The notes below the pieces were generated by a model. The model was given only the letters and a program-made list of their open reading frames with translations, ran no database searches and was not told the DNA's origin. Both the position numbers and the translations under genes were made by a program. A stretch of DNA of 64,000 nt, taken from assembly GCF_036321535.1 (NCBI RefSeq), contig NC_087436.1, positions 26,600,001-26,664,000 of the forward strand. Direction: 5' to 3'. Source of the DNA: Camelus dromedarius. Taxonomy: Eukaryota. This document shows positions 39,271 through 51,689 of this stretch, piece by piece (within the stretch, counting starts at the first letter, position 1; each line of letters starts with the position of its first letter).

Positions 39271-41141
39271 AAAAACAGTTATGAAAGAAATTGTTACTTT
39301 ACTGAATTGATACATTATACACAGTTAATTTTTAAATACTTTCTCCTTTCAATTGAAACCTACACATTTTATATTAAATTAAGATAACCTTACTGATAGC
39401 CCTTAACTGCAAAATTTAAATGTTTATTTTTAAAGTTAGACTAAAGACAACAGCATAGTGAAAGAGAAATAGCTTACAGCTCTGAGCATTTTTTATGTCA
39501 TAAATTTGTAAGACATGATATGAGTATTAGATATAATATTGTGTCAAGCTGGAAAGGACAGGATATATTGTAGCTATCATGAAAGTTTGGATGGACTTCA
39601 GCTGGAAACTTATTAGGTAAAACAAAGGGAAATTGTGTATCATTATACATAGTATCAGGACACCTGGTGCTTCATTTAAAAAAATAACACATTGTTTTTA
39701 ACACATCAAGGCAATGGGAAAACATGGAGCATAGTTAACTATAGCATAGCCAATTGAAGAGAGATTGATTATGTACTAGGAATTTTTTATTCAATTCTTA
39801 TATTACATTTTTTTATTTTAAATTTGAAAAATGTTTCACAGTAATTTTCTCTAGTGACTCTACATGTAAATTTAATTTGAATTGTTTAAGTCAATGAGTT
39901 TCTTTTGAGCTTTTAACTCACAAAACTTATAAGTAGATTTAGAGTCACCTAGAAACTCAATATGATAATATATGAAGAGCTGAAAAATAAATAGGAACCT
40001 TTCACAGAATTGTATTTGTTACTAAATAACATTGACTTTTTTCTTAATTATGTATGTCAGGCCTTGAAATGATCAATACCAAGGCACTTTTGGAGGCCCT
40101 ATCGAGGTCTCTTATTTGCACACATTTTCTCTTGGTAAACTTTTTTTTTTCTTTCCTAATTTTATTGAATATCTTATAGGGCATGAGATGTTAACTAGCT
40201 TATTTTGTGTCTAGTTCTTCATCTCATTACAATATGTTAAGTTATAGTCATACAGTTTCTATCAATCCTGCATATACATAAGGTATTTAGATATAAAGTA
40301 CTCCATTAGATTTTGAGCCATTCAACAATCAAAGGCACAGTTTCTTTTGAATCCCAGAGAATTATAAAAAAAAAAAAAGTCTGTCTTCCACATTTAGGTC
40401 ATCGAAAATATGCATTTGAAGGAAAGAAGGAATATGTAAATTTATGATATATTTTTTCATTTATTCCCACCACCTCTTTTTATATTTGACTCTGACACGT
40501 GTAAATATTTCCAATGGAATATTAAACGTAAATCTATGAAACCCAGTTCTATAATACCCAGATTACAGACGGAGGAAATGGGCTCTATCTGGAAGGTAGT
40601 ATGCAGATCAAAAATGTAAACAGAAGTCAAACAAGAAATCTGAGAAGGAGCCGCCAGGAAAATGCTATTTTTTTCCTACACATGAATCTTGGTATTCTTT
40701 CCAGAAGAGAAGTTAAACTTCTATTAAATCATATGTACCCATTCCTTTGATTTGACTTATAATGAAGAACGACAATGTCTAACAACTGTGAATCTGGAAA
40801 ATAAAAATGATTGACAAATTTAGGGTTTCTCTGTTTCCCTGTTGCCAGCCAATGACTTACATTAAATTGTACCAAACCTGTCTAGCAACCTGAGAGTCTG
40901 ATCTGAGGGTCAAGCAAACTGCTTCACAGAGAAGAAAGGAAAATAGACAAGTTACAACAGAGAATTAACATTTAAGAAGAGGAATAGCTTAAAATAACAA
41001 AACAAATGTATTATCTTCTGATACTTGTAATATAATAGTTCCTCTGTTGAAAAATGATAAAATACAACAAAGTTGAAAGAGAAGTAATTAGTCATAATAC
41101 TACCATTTAAAAATAACTATTGTGAAGGTTTTATTTATACA

Positions 41142-41264
41142 TAGATTGGCCATAAAATTTATCATGTAAACTAGGATGGTTTTGAGAGTGCTTTTAATAA
41201 TTACACTAGGGCAGGAAGTATAAACTAAGACTGTACAGGTCCTACCAGGAAATATATTTTTCCT
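41142..41264. mobile_element. MER81-like hAT-Blackjack MITE
   Basis: tagattggccataaaatttatcatgtaaactaggatggttttgagagtg..ttaataattacactagg..gtataaactaagactgt follows the recalled MER81 consensus. Confidence 0.65.
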
Positions 41265-42208
41265 ATTTATATGCTCTGATGTGGCTTATACATAAGATTA
41301 TAAAAATATGTTATGAAATATCATGAACATTTTTCCAATTTAACAATGCTATCTCATTTTATAGTATCCCATTAAAATGTCCCTAAATTTATTAAAACAA
41401 GTGTCATAATTCATCATTAATGTAATTTCCATTTCATATTACAACTGACACTCCAGTAAACAAAATTTCATTGTTACTTGTCCATGTGATTACTTCCTGT
41501 GAATAAATTCTTAGTAGACATGACTACTATGACAAAATTTCTGCACATTGTGAATACAATTCATGTGCTTAACCAAACTGATCTTTAAAAGAGCTGTGTG
41601 GGTGTGTCATTACCAAAGCAGTGTATGAGAGCCTAGCACTTAGGTCTAATCTACAATCTGTATTGTCACTTTTCTTAATTATGCCAATGTGATCATTTTC
41701 ATGGTAATTACTTTTTTTACTGGTGATGCTGGGTTAAAAATATTTTCCCAGCCTTTTGTATTTCTTTATAATTTTTACTACATTTTTTTAAGTGTGTCGC
41801 TTTTCTTTTTGAGTGTTCATTTATTCTTAAGAGTTGGGTTTGGGAAAGGTAATTTGACATTTTTATAAGTATAGTATAGAGAAAGAGGGAGAGAGATTGA
41901 GAAATACCAAATGATCGTGGATTAGCAGAACTGGGGCAAATGGGCAATCCAATAAACAGTCTCCCCTTGGTCCCGTATCACAAACCCTGGAAAAAGCTGA
42001 ATCTTGGAGCCTCTATAGGAGTAAATTCAAGTCTCCATCCAGTAACTACAAAATTATTTGATCATATTCTTCTAGGGATGTATCAATAGAGAGTAAAAAT
42101 ACAGAATAGACATACATCTCACTTTGTAAAGGAAATCAGCTACAAGTAAAGTAAAATTATATTCCATCAACAATAATTTGAATAAAAAACTGTACGTGGT
42201 ATATTTAC

Positions 42209-42375
42209 TGTGAAGGGGAGGCGAATACGCCCCTCCCCCCACATGAAATGCACCGCTTTGGCATGAGAATTACTTTGAGCTGAAGGTAATCAAGGCCAGG
42301 CAGACTCAGGAAAAGCTTTTTACCTCCCCCTGAACTGTCTAAACTAATTTAGATAGGGGGCCTGAACCTCCTCCC
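42209..42375 (+). mobile_element. 5' fragment of a MER34-related ERV1 LTR
   Basis: tgtgaagggg..gaatacgcc..ctttggcatgagaattactttgagctgaaggtaat is homologous to the LTR starts at 49153 (+) and 56847 (-). Confidence 0.65.
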
Positions 42376-42424
42376 CTACAATTAACTCTACTGAAAAAAG
42401 TTCTTTCCTCAATTGAAAAACAAA

Positions 42425-42500
42425 ATAAATTATATATAATTTATATATAAATATATTATATATAAACATATATATATAATGATATTATATATAAACATAA
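42425..42500. repeat. TA-rich low-complexity tract with a duplicated unit
   Basis: atattatatataaacata occurs twice. Confidence 0.85.
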
Positions 42501-43370
42501 TCATGTCTAGGTAGCAAAAGAATCTGGTTGATGCAAATTTGGCTGTCTTCTGTTTTTAGCACAATTTAGTTAGTTGGAGCACTTCCACATGTTTAATGTA
42601 TGGAAATGTTGACTCTCTTGATGTCATTCTGTTTTAACACAAAGCCAACCTAAGCAATAGAAGTCTAATGACAACTCCAATGTTCACGTAGAATTCACAT
42701 TGCAAAACATTAAATATATGAATGGATTTGTTAAATATGAATGTGAGAAATAACAACATATAATCAAAACTTACATCTATTGTTTATACCTTAAGATATA
42801 AATTAACGTTCAGTGAACTTACTTGCTTATTCATTAGTTTTTAATCGTTTTGCTTTCCAGCCTGTGACTATACTCTTTACTTATATATTATAAAAGCCCC
42901 TTGTAACTCTGGGTGTTTCAAATAAGACTTTGCAATATACTTGTTCTTCCCCCTCCAATGGAGACTAAAGAGCTACTTACAGACTCTTGACGAAAACTCA
43001 GTGTGAAGCTACATTTGTTTCCGTAGGGGTGGAGAAAGGGGGCAACGGAAACAGCAGTGTTGGCCTTTGGATTCTCTCATCCATCCTCTCTGGCTACCCC
43101 TTGTTTCTTGATTATTGGCAAACCGATCAGGTGAATGGGTAAGACCTGATACTTCATCTCCTTCACTGGGTGAAAGGGAAACAACGCAGGGCTTCCTCTT
43201 GTGATGGGGGAGGCCAGCTTGTGTTCTTCCTTCAAAGTTTCAGTCTACTGGCCACACTCTTTTATGTTCTCTCCATAAATCCAGGCTGTCCGCATCTCTA
43301 CACTTCTTAGGGAACATGTAGTCTATTTTGTGAAAGGCTGAATTTCAGTAATTTTACCCCTTCATACATC

Positions 43371-43373
<3 letters not shown>

Positions 43374-43409
<36 letters not shown>
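43374..43409. repeat. (GT)n microsatellite
   Basis: Perfect gt repeat read directly. Confidence 0.97.
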
Positions 43410-43412
<3 letters not shown>

Positions 43413-43499
43413 TAGTATATAGTGCATTTATCTCTGCAATATGCATTAAGAAGAGAAAAACCAGTATTTACAGTCTAAATGAAGAGATAGCCATTATTT

Positions 43500-43740
43500 T
43501 GCAGTAGTTAAGAGCAGGGACTCTGAAGTCAGACTGCCTAGGTTGATATAGAAGCATCTTCCTCGTTGTCTGACTTGGCAGATAATTTCCAAGGCCTCAG
43601 TTTTATAACCAGAAAATTAGGTAATGAATTCTTATCTTATGATCATTGGGAGGATTTAGTCAGATAATGCATATAAAGCATTTAAAACGTGCTTTTTAAA
43701 AGAACTCTTAGCAATATCATAAATAAGAGCTACTAGTTAT
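43500..43740 (+). mobile_element. MIR SINE
   Basis: gcagtagttaagagcagggactctgaagtcagactgcctaggtt...gacttggcag...gcctcagtttt...gggaggatttagtcagataatgcatataaagcattt. Confidence 0.8.
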
Positions 43741-44186
43741 TTATCAACTAATTATAAACTTATGAAAAGCTTTGGAGAAGACTGTGTGTGTAAGGAGATG
43801 TGTAAGAAAATGTGAGGACATTGGATGGGGAGATTTTACCTATTAGAGGTGGCCGGGAAAGTCTTCTACAGTTAAACTGAGTTAAGATGCTTACTAGGAT
43901 GAAGGATGAAGGAACATCATCCCAGAAGAGTCTGTGCATGACTGCTGTGGTGCAAAAGAAGGTCAGAAAGCCTGGAGAGGAGGTGGACATGGTGCCGCTG
44001 AGGTTGGAGTGAGTGAGTCAGGAAGACTGTGCTGCGCTTTGTAGTCAGATCAGGATGTTTCATTTTATACAAAGAGAAATGAAAGGATATTTAAGGGTTC
44101 AGTGGAGAGGGGGCTTACATTTCAAAATATCTTCTTACTGAGAATGAACTGTTGAGGTTTAGGATGGATTCAGATAAATGAGTTTG

Positions 44187-44391
44187 TGGGAATCAGCAGA
44201 ACTCCAGCCCATCAACAAAATTTACCTGGTTCTGTAGGTAGAGTTTTACTGGTGCACACACATGACTTGGTCTGTTTATTTGCTTGTTGTCTATGGCTGC
44301 TTTTGTGCTACACAGTAGTGACAATGATAATATGGCCAACATAGCCAAAAATATTTACTGTCCAGCTCTTTACAGAAAAATTCAACATTTG
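44187..44391. mobile_element. MER58A-like hAT-Charlie element within decayed L2 sequence
   Basis: agttttactggtgcaca...ttgtctatggctgcttttgtgctaca...tatggccaacatagccaaaaatatttactgtccagctctttacagaaaaa. Confidence 0.75.
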
Positions 44392-44899
44392 AGTTAAAGC
44401 ACAATTTTAATGGTACAAGTAAGATACAATGGTTGTTGGGGTTGTGGGGGAAAATAATTCAATTCATGGGGTATTCAAAGGGTAAAGAGTGCATGATGAA
44501 TGGACTGAACACAGAGGATAAAAATAACTACAGTGTCATAGTTTATTCCCACGTTTCAGGCTGGCATAATTAATGGATCATGCAATTAATCTTTGAGAAA
44601 AGTGGACACTGATATAGGATCTGTACTATTACATGGGTCAGTGTTCAAATATTTAAACCTCAGAAAAAGAAAAATAGAAACCTTGTACCCCAACTGCCCC
44701 ATGTTGTGTCCCTTGAGAAGAATGAGAAAGGTCATTTAGATAATTGGCCAGCATGAGTCTCTGCAATCTTGAATAGCTTCATTTTCAAAATTTATTGTGA
44801 AAATCAAAAATTAGCTTGGGAATAACTGTTCCTGTACTCCTGTCACTGATATTACATTTAAGGTGTTTATCTTGTGATTAGCATGTAACTGTGTTGTGC

Positions 44900-47800
44900 A
44901 TGTCTTTGCCTTTCAATTGGAATGTTTAGTCTATTTGTATTTATTGAAATTATTCATAGGTTTGGGTGTAAGCATTCTTATTTTGCTATTATTTTCCTTT
45001 TGTCCCCTCTGATTTTTTTTTCTTCTTTTATTCTTTTCTGTTTTATTTTAGGTTAATTGAATATTTTATATACCCTTTTAATTCCTCTAATTGCTTTTTT
45101 AGCTATGTCTCTTTATACTGTTGTAAGTAGTTGCTTGAGGGGTTACACTATGCATTATTAATATATCGGAATCTATTTAGACTTAAAATTGTTCTACTTC
45201 ATGTAGAATATAAGAACCTTACAACAGTATAATTCCACTTACTGTTCATGTCATTTATGATACGCTTGTTGTAAATTTTAGGTTTATGTTCATTATAAAC
45301 TACAGAATATAATATAATTATTTTTGCTCCATTTAATTGGTGTTTTACATTTGTTGCTGCAAATCGACATTTTTATTTCATTCTAAAGAAATTCTTTTAG
45401 CATGTCTCATGTTGCAGATCCACTACTGTCAAATTCTCTCAGCCTTAATTTATCAGTAAAAGTTTTATTTTAGACATTGGTGAAAGAAACTGAAGAAGAT
45501 ATAAGTAAATGGAAAGATATTCTGTGCTCATGGGAGAATTAATATTGTTAAAATGTGCATATTACACAAGGCAATCTACAGATTCAATGCCATTTCTATC
45601 CAATGTCTATTCCAGTGACACTTTTTACAAAAATAGGACAATACCCAAATTTGTATGGCATCACAAAAGACCTGGAATAGTCAAAGCCATCTTGAGAAAG
45701 AAGAAAAAGCTGGAAGCATCACACATCCTGATTTCAAACTATATTACAAAGCTCTAGTAATCAAAACAATATGGTACTGACGCAAAAGCAGACATACAGA
45801 TCAATGATACAGGATACAGAGCCCAGAAATAAATCCACACATAGATGGTCAATTAATTTATTAAAAAAAAAAAAAAAGGAGCCAAGAATACACAATGGGG
45901 AAAGGACAATCTCTTCAATGCCTGGTGCTGTGAAAACTGGACAGTCATATGCCAAAGAAAGAAACAGGAGCAAAATCTTACACCAAAAATAACCTCAAAG
46001 TGGATTAAAGTCTTGAACATAAGATCCCAAACCACAAAACACTTAGAAGAAAACAGACAGTGAACTCCTTGATATTAATCTTCACAATAATTTTGTGGAT
46101 TTGACACCAAAAGCAAAGGCAATAAAAGCAAAAATCAACAAGTAGTCTACAGCAAATTAAATAGCTCTGCACAGCAAAAAGAACAATAAAAATGAAAAGG
46201 CAGCCTATGGAATAGAAGATATTTGCAAACCATATTATCTTATAAGGGGTTAATCTGAAGCATTAAAGAATGTATACAAATCACTTTTTAAAAATGTAAA
46301 ATAGGAGGACGTCCTGAAGAGACATTTTTTTCAGAGAAGACACACAAACGTCCAACAACTAATTGAAAAGCTGCTTAACATCACTAACCATCAGGGAAAT
46401 GCAAATTGAAACACAATGAGATATCACCTCACACCTGTTAGAATGGCTAGTATCAAACAGACAGAAATAACAAGTGTTGGTGAGGATGTGGTAGGAACGT
46501 AGATCGGTATAGCCACTATGGAAGACAGTATGGAGGTTCCTCAAAAAATTAAAAATAGAACTAGTGTACAATCTAGCAATTCCACTTATGAGTATTTATC
46601 TGAAGAAAATATCATCAGTATCTCAAGAAGATATCTGCACCCACATTTATTGCAGCATTATTTATAATAGCCAAGACAGGGAAACAACCCAAGTGTTCAT
46701 GGACAGATGAAAGGATAAAGAAAATCTGGTATGTATGTATGTGTGTATGTATATATATATATACATACACACATACATACACATACACACACACACACAC
46801 ACAAATATACACACAATGAAATATTATTCAGCCATTAAAAAAAATCCCAAATCCTGTCATTTACCACATGAATGGCTTTTGAGGGTGTTATTCTAAGTGA
46901 AATAAATCAGACAAAGAAAGAGAAATACTGTACAAGCTCACTGTATGTGGTATCTAAAAAAATAAAATTAAATTAAAAACCCTCATGAATACAGAGAACA
47001 GATTGGTGGTTGCCAGCGGCTGGGTGAGTGAAATGGGTAAAGAGAGTCAAAAGGTACAGAATTCATGCTATAAGGTAGGTAAATCCTGGGGATGTAACGT
47101 ACACCATGGTGAATATAGTTAACAATGCTGTATTAGATATTTGAAAGTTGCTAAGAGAGTAAATCACAAGTAATCACAAGAAAAAAATGTGTAACTATAT
47201 GGTAATGGATGTTACCATTTAGTTTACCATTTACCAAATAAACTTTGAGGTAATCATTTCACAATATATACATACATTAAGTCCTTATTTGTGCACCTAA
47301 AGCTAATACAATTATATGTATATGTCAATTATCTCAAGAATAATAAAAGTTTTATTTACTTTTTCCACTAATTTTGAAATGATATTTTCACTGTATAGAG
47401 AATCCTGGTTTACTAGTTTGTTTTTTCTTTTAAGCACATTAAATATACCATTGCATTGTTTTTGGCCTTTGTTTCTGAGGAGAATGTCTACCTTTATTGA
47501 TTTTGGTCTGCTGAATGAAATATTGCTTTTATTTGCTTATCTCAGTACTTTTTGTTTTATTTTCACCAATTTGACAATGGTGTGCCTAAGTTGCTTTTTT
47601 AAAAAAGTTTATTATTTTTTATTCATTTTCTCCTGTAAGTTGATCTTTTTTCATCAAATTTATCAAAACTTCAGAAATAGTTGTTCAAATATTATTTCAT
47701 CTCATTCTTCTGTTTTTTGGGGAAATGCAGTTACTTATATGTTAGTCTGTTTGATGTTTTCCCAGAAGCCACTGAAGTGTCTTTATTTTTACTCAAACTT

Positions 47801-48890
47801 TTTTCTGTGTTCTTTCATTTTGGATAAGGTCTTGAACTGTCCTCATATTTACTCACCCTTTATTCTGCTCTGTCCTTTTTGCTGTTATGACTAGTACATT
47901 TTTCATTTCAGACATACTTTTGATTTCAGTAATTTCAACTTTTTTGGTTTCTATTTCTCTAATGAGATAAAGAATAATCACTCATTTATGTCTTTTATGT
48001 ACTTTTTATACACTCATTATAGCTGTTTATAAGTCCTTGTCTGTTAATTCTAAAAGCTTGATCTTCTTGTGTTTGGTTTGTATTGAGTTGCCCCCCTGTT
48101 TCATTATATGTCACACTTTCCTGTTTCTTCACATGTCTAGTAATTTTTATTTTATATTGAACATTTTGATTGATACCTTGTATGGAATCATGAGAATACC
48201 ACCGTCTTTGAATGGTGCTGAATTGTGTTCCCGCAGGCAGTTAAGTCACTGGTAGCTCCCTTTAACACTGTAAGGCTTGGTATTATTCTTTGATGAGGCA
48301 GGTCTGTTTTCACATTGTGTCAGTCTTTGGGTAAGGTCCTTCCTATTAAAATACGACTTTTATTCTGGTATCTAAACTGAATTTTTGATGAGAACAGTAT
48401 TGTCTTTCTCCTCTGGCTGGGCTTCAAATAAATGACCCTCCATCCTCTGATGCATCTGGGCTGCACTGTGTCCCAGAGTAGCTGTGTTCTGCCGGGACTC
48501 ACCGAACCTCACCCTGCAGGTGGACAGCTCAGACTTTAAAGCAAGGGCTCAGAATCAGTCCCCATTCAGATTCCTAAGGATCCTTCCTCCCTGTTCACTT
48601 TCCTCTTTGAGGATCCAGCTGTACAAATTCCAGCCTCTTCAAAAGCTTGGGTCTCTTTCATTTCTATCACAAATGTGTATAAACCCCTAGGAAGATAGTT
48701 GAATAAATCATAGGGCTTTCCTCATGGATTTTTCACTTCCTAGGAGCCACAGTCATGTTCTGCCTGTTTTTTTTTTTTTAATGTCCAAAATGTTCTCATA
48801 TTTTGTCTAGTTTCATAATTGTTTACTGTGAGAAAGAAAGTCTAGGACTACATACACTGTCATGATTGAAAGTGGAAGTGTAAAAACTTC
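44900..48890 (-). mobile_element. Old antisense LINE-1 (ORF1/5' region) split by a younger L1
   Basis: T-rich antisense L1 motifs at 44900-45470 (ttcaattggaatgtttagtctatttgtatttatt, aaattctctcagc) resume at 47358 (ttttgaaatgatattttcactgtatagagaatcctggtt...). Confidence 0.65.
45471..47343 (+). mobile_element. 5'-truncated L1MA-like LINE-1 (degenerate ORF2 3' part plus 3'UTR)
   Basis: ORF2-like pieces ([22 protein letters not shown]), an L1MA-type 3'UTR (tttgaaagttgctaagagagtaaatc), an internal (TA)/(CA) microsatellite at about 46730-46815, and a perfect 14-bp TSD taaaagttttattt at 45457-45470 and 47344-47357. Confidence 0.93.
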
Positions 48891-49152
48891 TTAAAAACTT
48901 GATTTCCCTAAATAGGTTTCTCGTCTCATGATTTTAAGGATATATTTTCCCTATGGTTTACACTGTAGTCTACTAATTATCTAGCTAAAAGCTAAAATTC
49001 TTTTTCATATCTTAAGTTTCTGTTTCAAACTAATTTTAGAAAAGTTGCAAAAATAATACATAAAATTCTCTTATATCTTTCCCCCTGTTTCCGTTGACAC
49101 CTTATATATAACTGCAGAATAATTATCAAAAATAGGAAACCAATACTGGTAT

Positions 49153-49649
49153 TGAAGAGTAGTAGAATATGTCACCCTAAAATATGCCTTTTTGGCATAA
49201 GGATTATTTGAGCTGATTATTTTGGAGAAGCTGCAGACAGAGGAGAATCTCTGAAAATAGAGAAGACATTGCCCTTTTGTGAGGGAAATGTACTTTTATC
49301 AGGGAGAGAATGATAACTCTAAGTTTCCAGAGACTCATCAGTGGAGAAGATAACAATTTAAACCTGCATAACACACGTTAGCCTTGTTAACCATGCTTTT
49401 TCTGGTGACCTTCCATAGCTGGCCTCCCCTCACCTTAAAATCTTTTTGTCTTTAACTAAAGATGGTATTCAAAATGGTGGCCTGGACCATTTTGGGGAGT
49501 GTTAGTTTTCCTCGGTATCTCCCATGTATTCAGGCGGTATACGTGTTATCAAACTTGTTTGTTTTTCTCTTGTTAATGTATGTTTTGTAACAGGGGACTC
49601 TCAGCCACAAAACCTAGAAGGATGGAGGAAAAATTACTTCTCCCTGACA
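49153..49649 (+). mobile_element. MER34-related ERV1 solo LTR
   Basis: TG...CA termini; gaatatgtcaccctaaaatatgcctttttggcataaggattatttgagctga...tgtttttctcttgttaat...aacctagaaggatggaggaaaaattacttctccctgaca. Confidence 0.8.
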
Positions 49650-50726
49650 GTGCATTGTTTATTTTTTCAATCGAAGCAGAGTTGACTTACAGTATTGTAT
49701 GGCTGGACACTATTTTTTCACTAAAGACTTTATAAATTATCTGCATAAGAAAAAGATCCCACCTACATATGTGAAAATACTACAGCCTTAGATATTGTTA
49801 CTTAAGTTATATTTTCTGTTAAAAATCTCTGTAGTTGGCCAGAACAACATAGGAAAAATTCACTCAGGAAAGAAGAATTCAAATCAAAATTTGCTACTGT
49901 TAGGCTTTGGTCTGCTGCTGAGGCCACTGGATAACAAAAATGGTAACAGAAAGACATTTTACAAATATTTTAGTCAACACATTTAAATATACCTTATATT
50001 TAGAGAAGACTGTCTTAATACTTTTAATACTTTTGAATATAAACCATTCTCACAGAGAGAGTTGGTTTTGCAAACTGACATTTCAAGGAAGCATACTGTT
50101 TGAACTGGTCTGTTTAGTTCTAGCAAAAGGAAGTCTCCAGCTGATCCCTTTGATTTCCCTAGCTGGTTTCTCTGATTACCCTCATATGGATAATGTAAAA
50201 ACCATATGGGGGGAATTTACTCCTTTTGTATTTGAAGCTAAAACCTGCTGGGATCCTTAGATCTTATAGCCTATAAGCAAACAAGGGGGAAAGTCATATA
50301 ATTTTTATCTCAGGGCAAGGAATGAACCTTGTAAAACTCAAAATGAAAAGAACAGCTTTTAGGGAACATATGAGATAATTTTACTCAAAGATATTTTCCT
50401 TCTCTTGTTTGATTCTTGTGTTACTTTGGATTCTTTGTTAGTTGGTTTACAAAGTACTTCATTTCTCATCCTTCATTTGGTAGTATTGCTTCACAAGACT
50501 AATGCACCCTGACAAAACATATGCTTGTTTTTTTAATATACTTATTATATCCTGTGAGACCAATGATGAAATAGTAATATAGTCATTCATTGTCAGATAG
50601 CAGTCCTGCATTCATTCATATATTAATTTGCAAAATTTACTGCATGCCTACAATATGCAAAGCAGTGTTTCTGGTTTCAGGGATCTGTGATGAACAAGAC
50701 AGAAGAGTCTCTTGCTATCATGGGTC

Positions 50727-51689
50727 TGTAGGAACAAAGCACTTTTGTTGCTGCACGTAAGTTCCCGTGCCCAGTGCACAGGGAGGCCAACCACCCCTAC
50801 TGCACACTCACTGGGTTCACCCACATAGAAACTCTCTGAACCCTGGTGTTTAGGGGCTTTTATGGAGGTTTCATTATGCAGGCATGATTGATTAAATCGC
50901 TGGTCAGCGGTGACTGAATTCAGTCTCTGTACCCTCTCCCCTCTTGGTAGATTGGGCTTGAGACTGAAGGTTCCAACCCTGGAATCATGGCTTAATCTTT
51001 GTGGAGACTGAAAACAGCTCTTCTGCCCCTTTCCTGTTCGCCCATTTCTGTCCCCCTCTGGCCTTAAAAGAATCTAATTATAGGAATGAGATCACTAAGC
51101 AATTGAAATTAACTCCTGGCTTATGCTCTCCTGAATGCACACAATGCCTTGTATCACCTGTTGATTCTTTTCCTAGATAAAGAAAAGAAAGAATGAAGAA
51201 TGAAACAGTTAAAGAATGATTAGCTCTCTACCTGCAAAAGCCCCCTTAGCAATCCTACAGAGAGATCACAGGGCAACATAACATCTGAAGAGAGAGTTAG
51301 CCAGTCTGCACACAATGGAGAACAATGCAGAACCCAACCTCCTGCCTCAGTGATTCGCTCAGCTTCTCCCCACACCTCCATTTTTCTCCTTAAAAACTGT
51401 CATGGCTGAGCAGAATCTTTAGATTTGCTCTCTGGACATGAATCCCCCATTTCCCCAGATTGCTGGCTTTTCTGATGAAAGCACCTTTCCTTTCTACTGA
51501 CACTTGCCTCCAATTATTGGCTTTTGAGCAGTGAGCTGCTGAACCTGAGTTGGGTAACAAGATCAACCTCGAGATTGAAGCTACCTGAGGGCTTCCACTA
51601 CTCATCACACAAGAGCTCCCAAGGGCTTTACGAGCTCTGTGCCAGGACGTGGGGACAAAGACCAAATATCTATTTTTTATTATACCACA
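50727..51689 (-). mobile_element. MER21-like LTR interrupted by another LTR
   Basis: ttttatggaggtttcattatgcaggcatgattgattaaatc..ctgaaggttccaaccct is homologous to about 63278-63400. It ends gagctctgtgccagga..ggggacaaagaccaaatat..ttattataccaca. Confidence 0.75.
51009..51559 (+). mobile_element. ERV1-type solo LTR nested in the MER21-like LTR
   Basis: TG...CA termini, 4-bp flanks agac/agat, and a 3' end gcacctttcctttctactgacacttgcctc..attggcttttgagcagtgagc..gaacctgagttgggtaaca. Confidence 0.8.

Noticed and set aside
45509..45992. ORFs with L1 ORF2-like peptides
   Set aside because: These are frameshifted fragments of a dead 5'-truncated L1, not functional CDS.
47316..47894. Longest ORF in the track (192 aa, hydrophobic, F/L-rich)
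   Set aside because: It lies in the T-rich antisense strand of an old L1. The composition reflects T-richness and I see no protein similarity.
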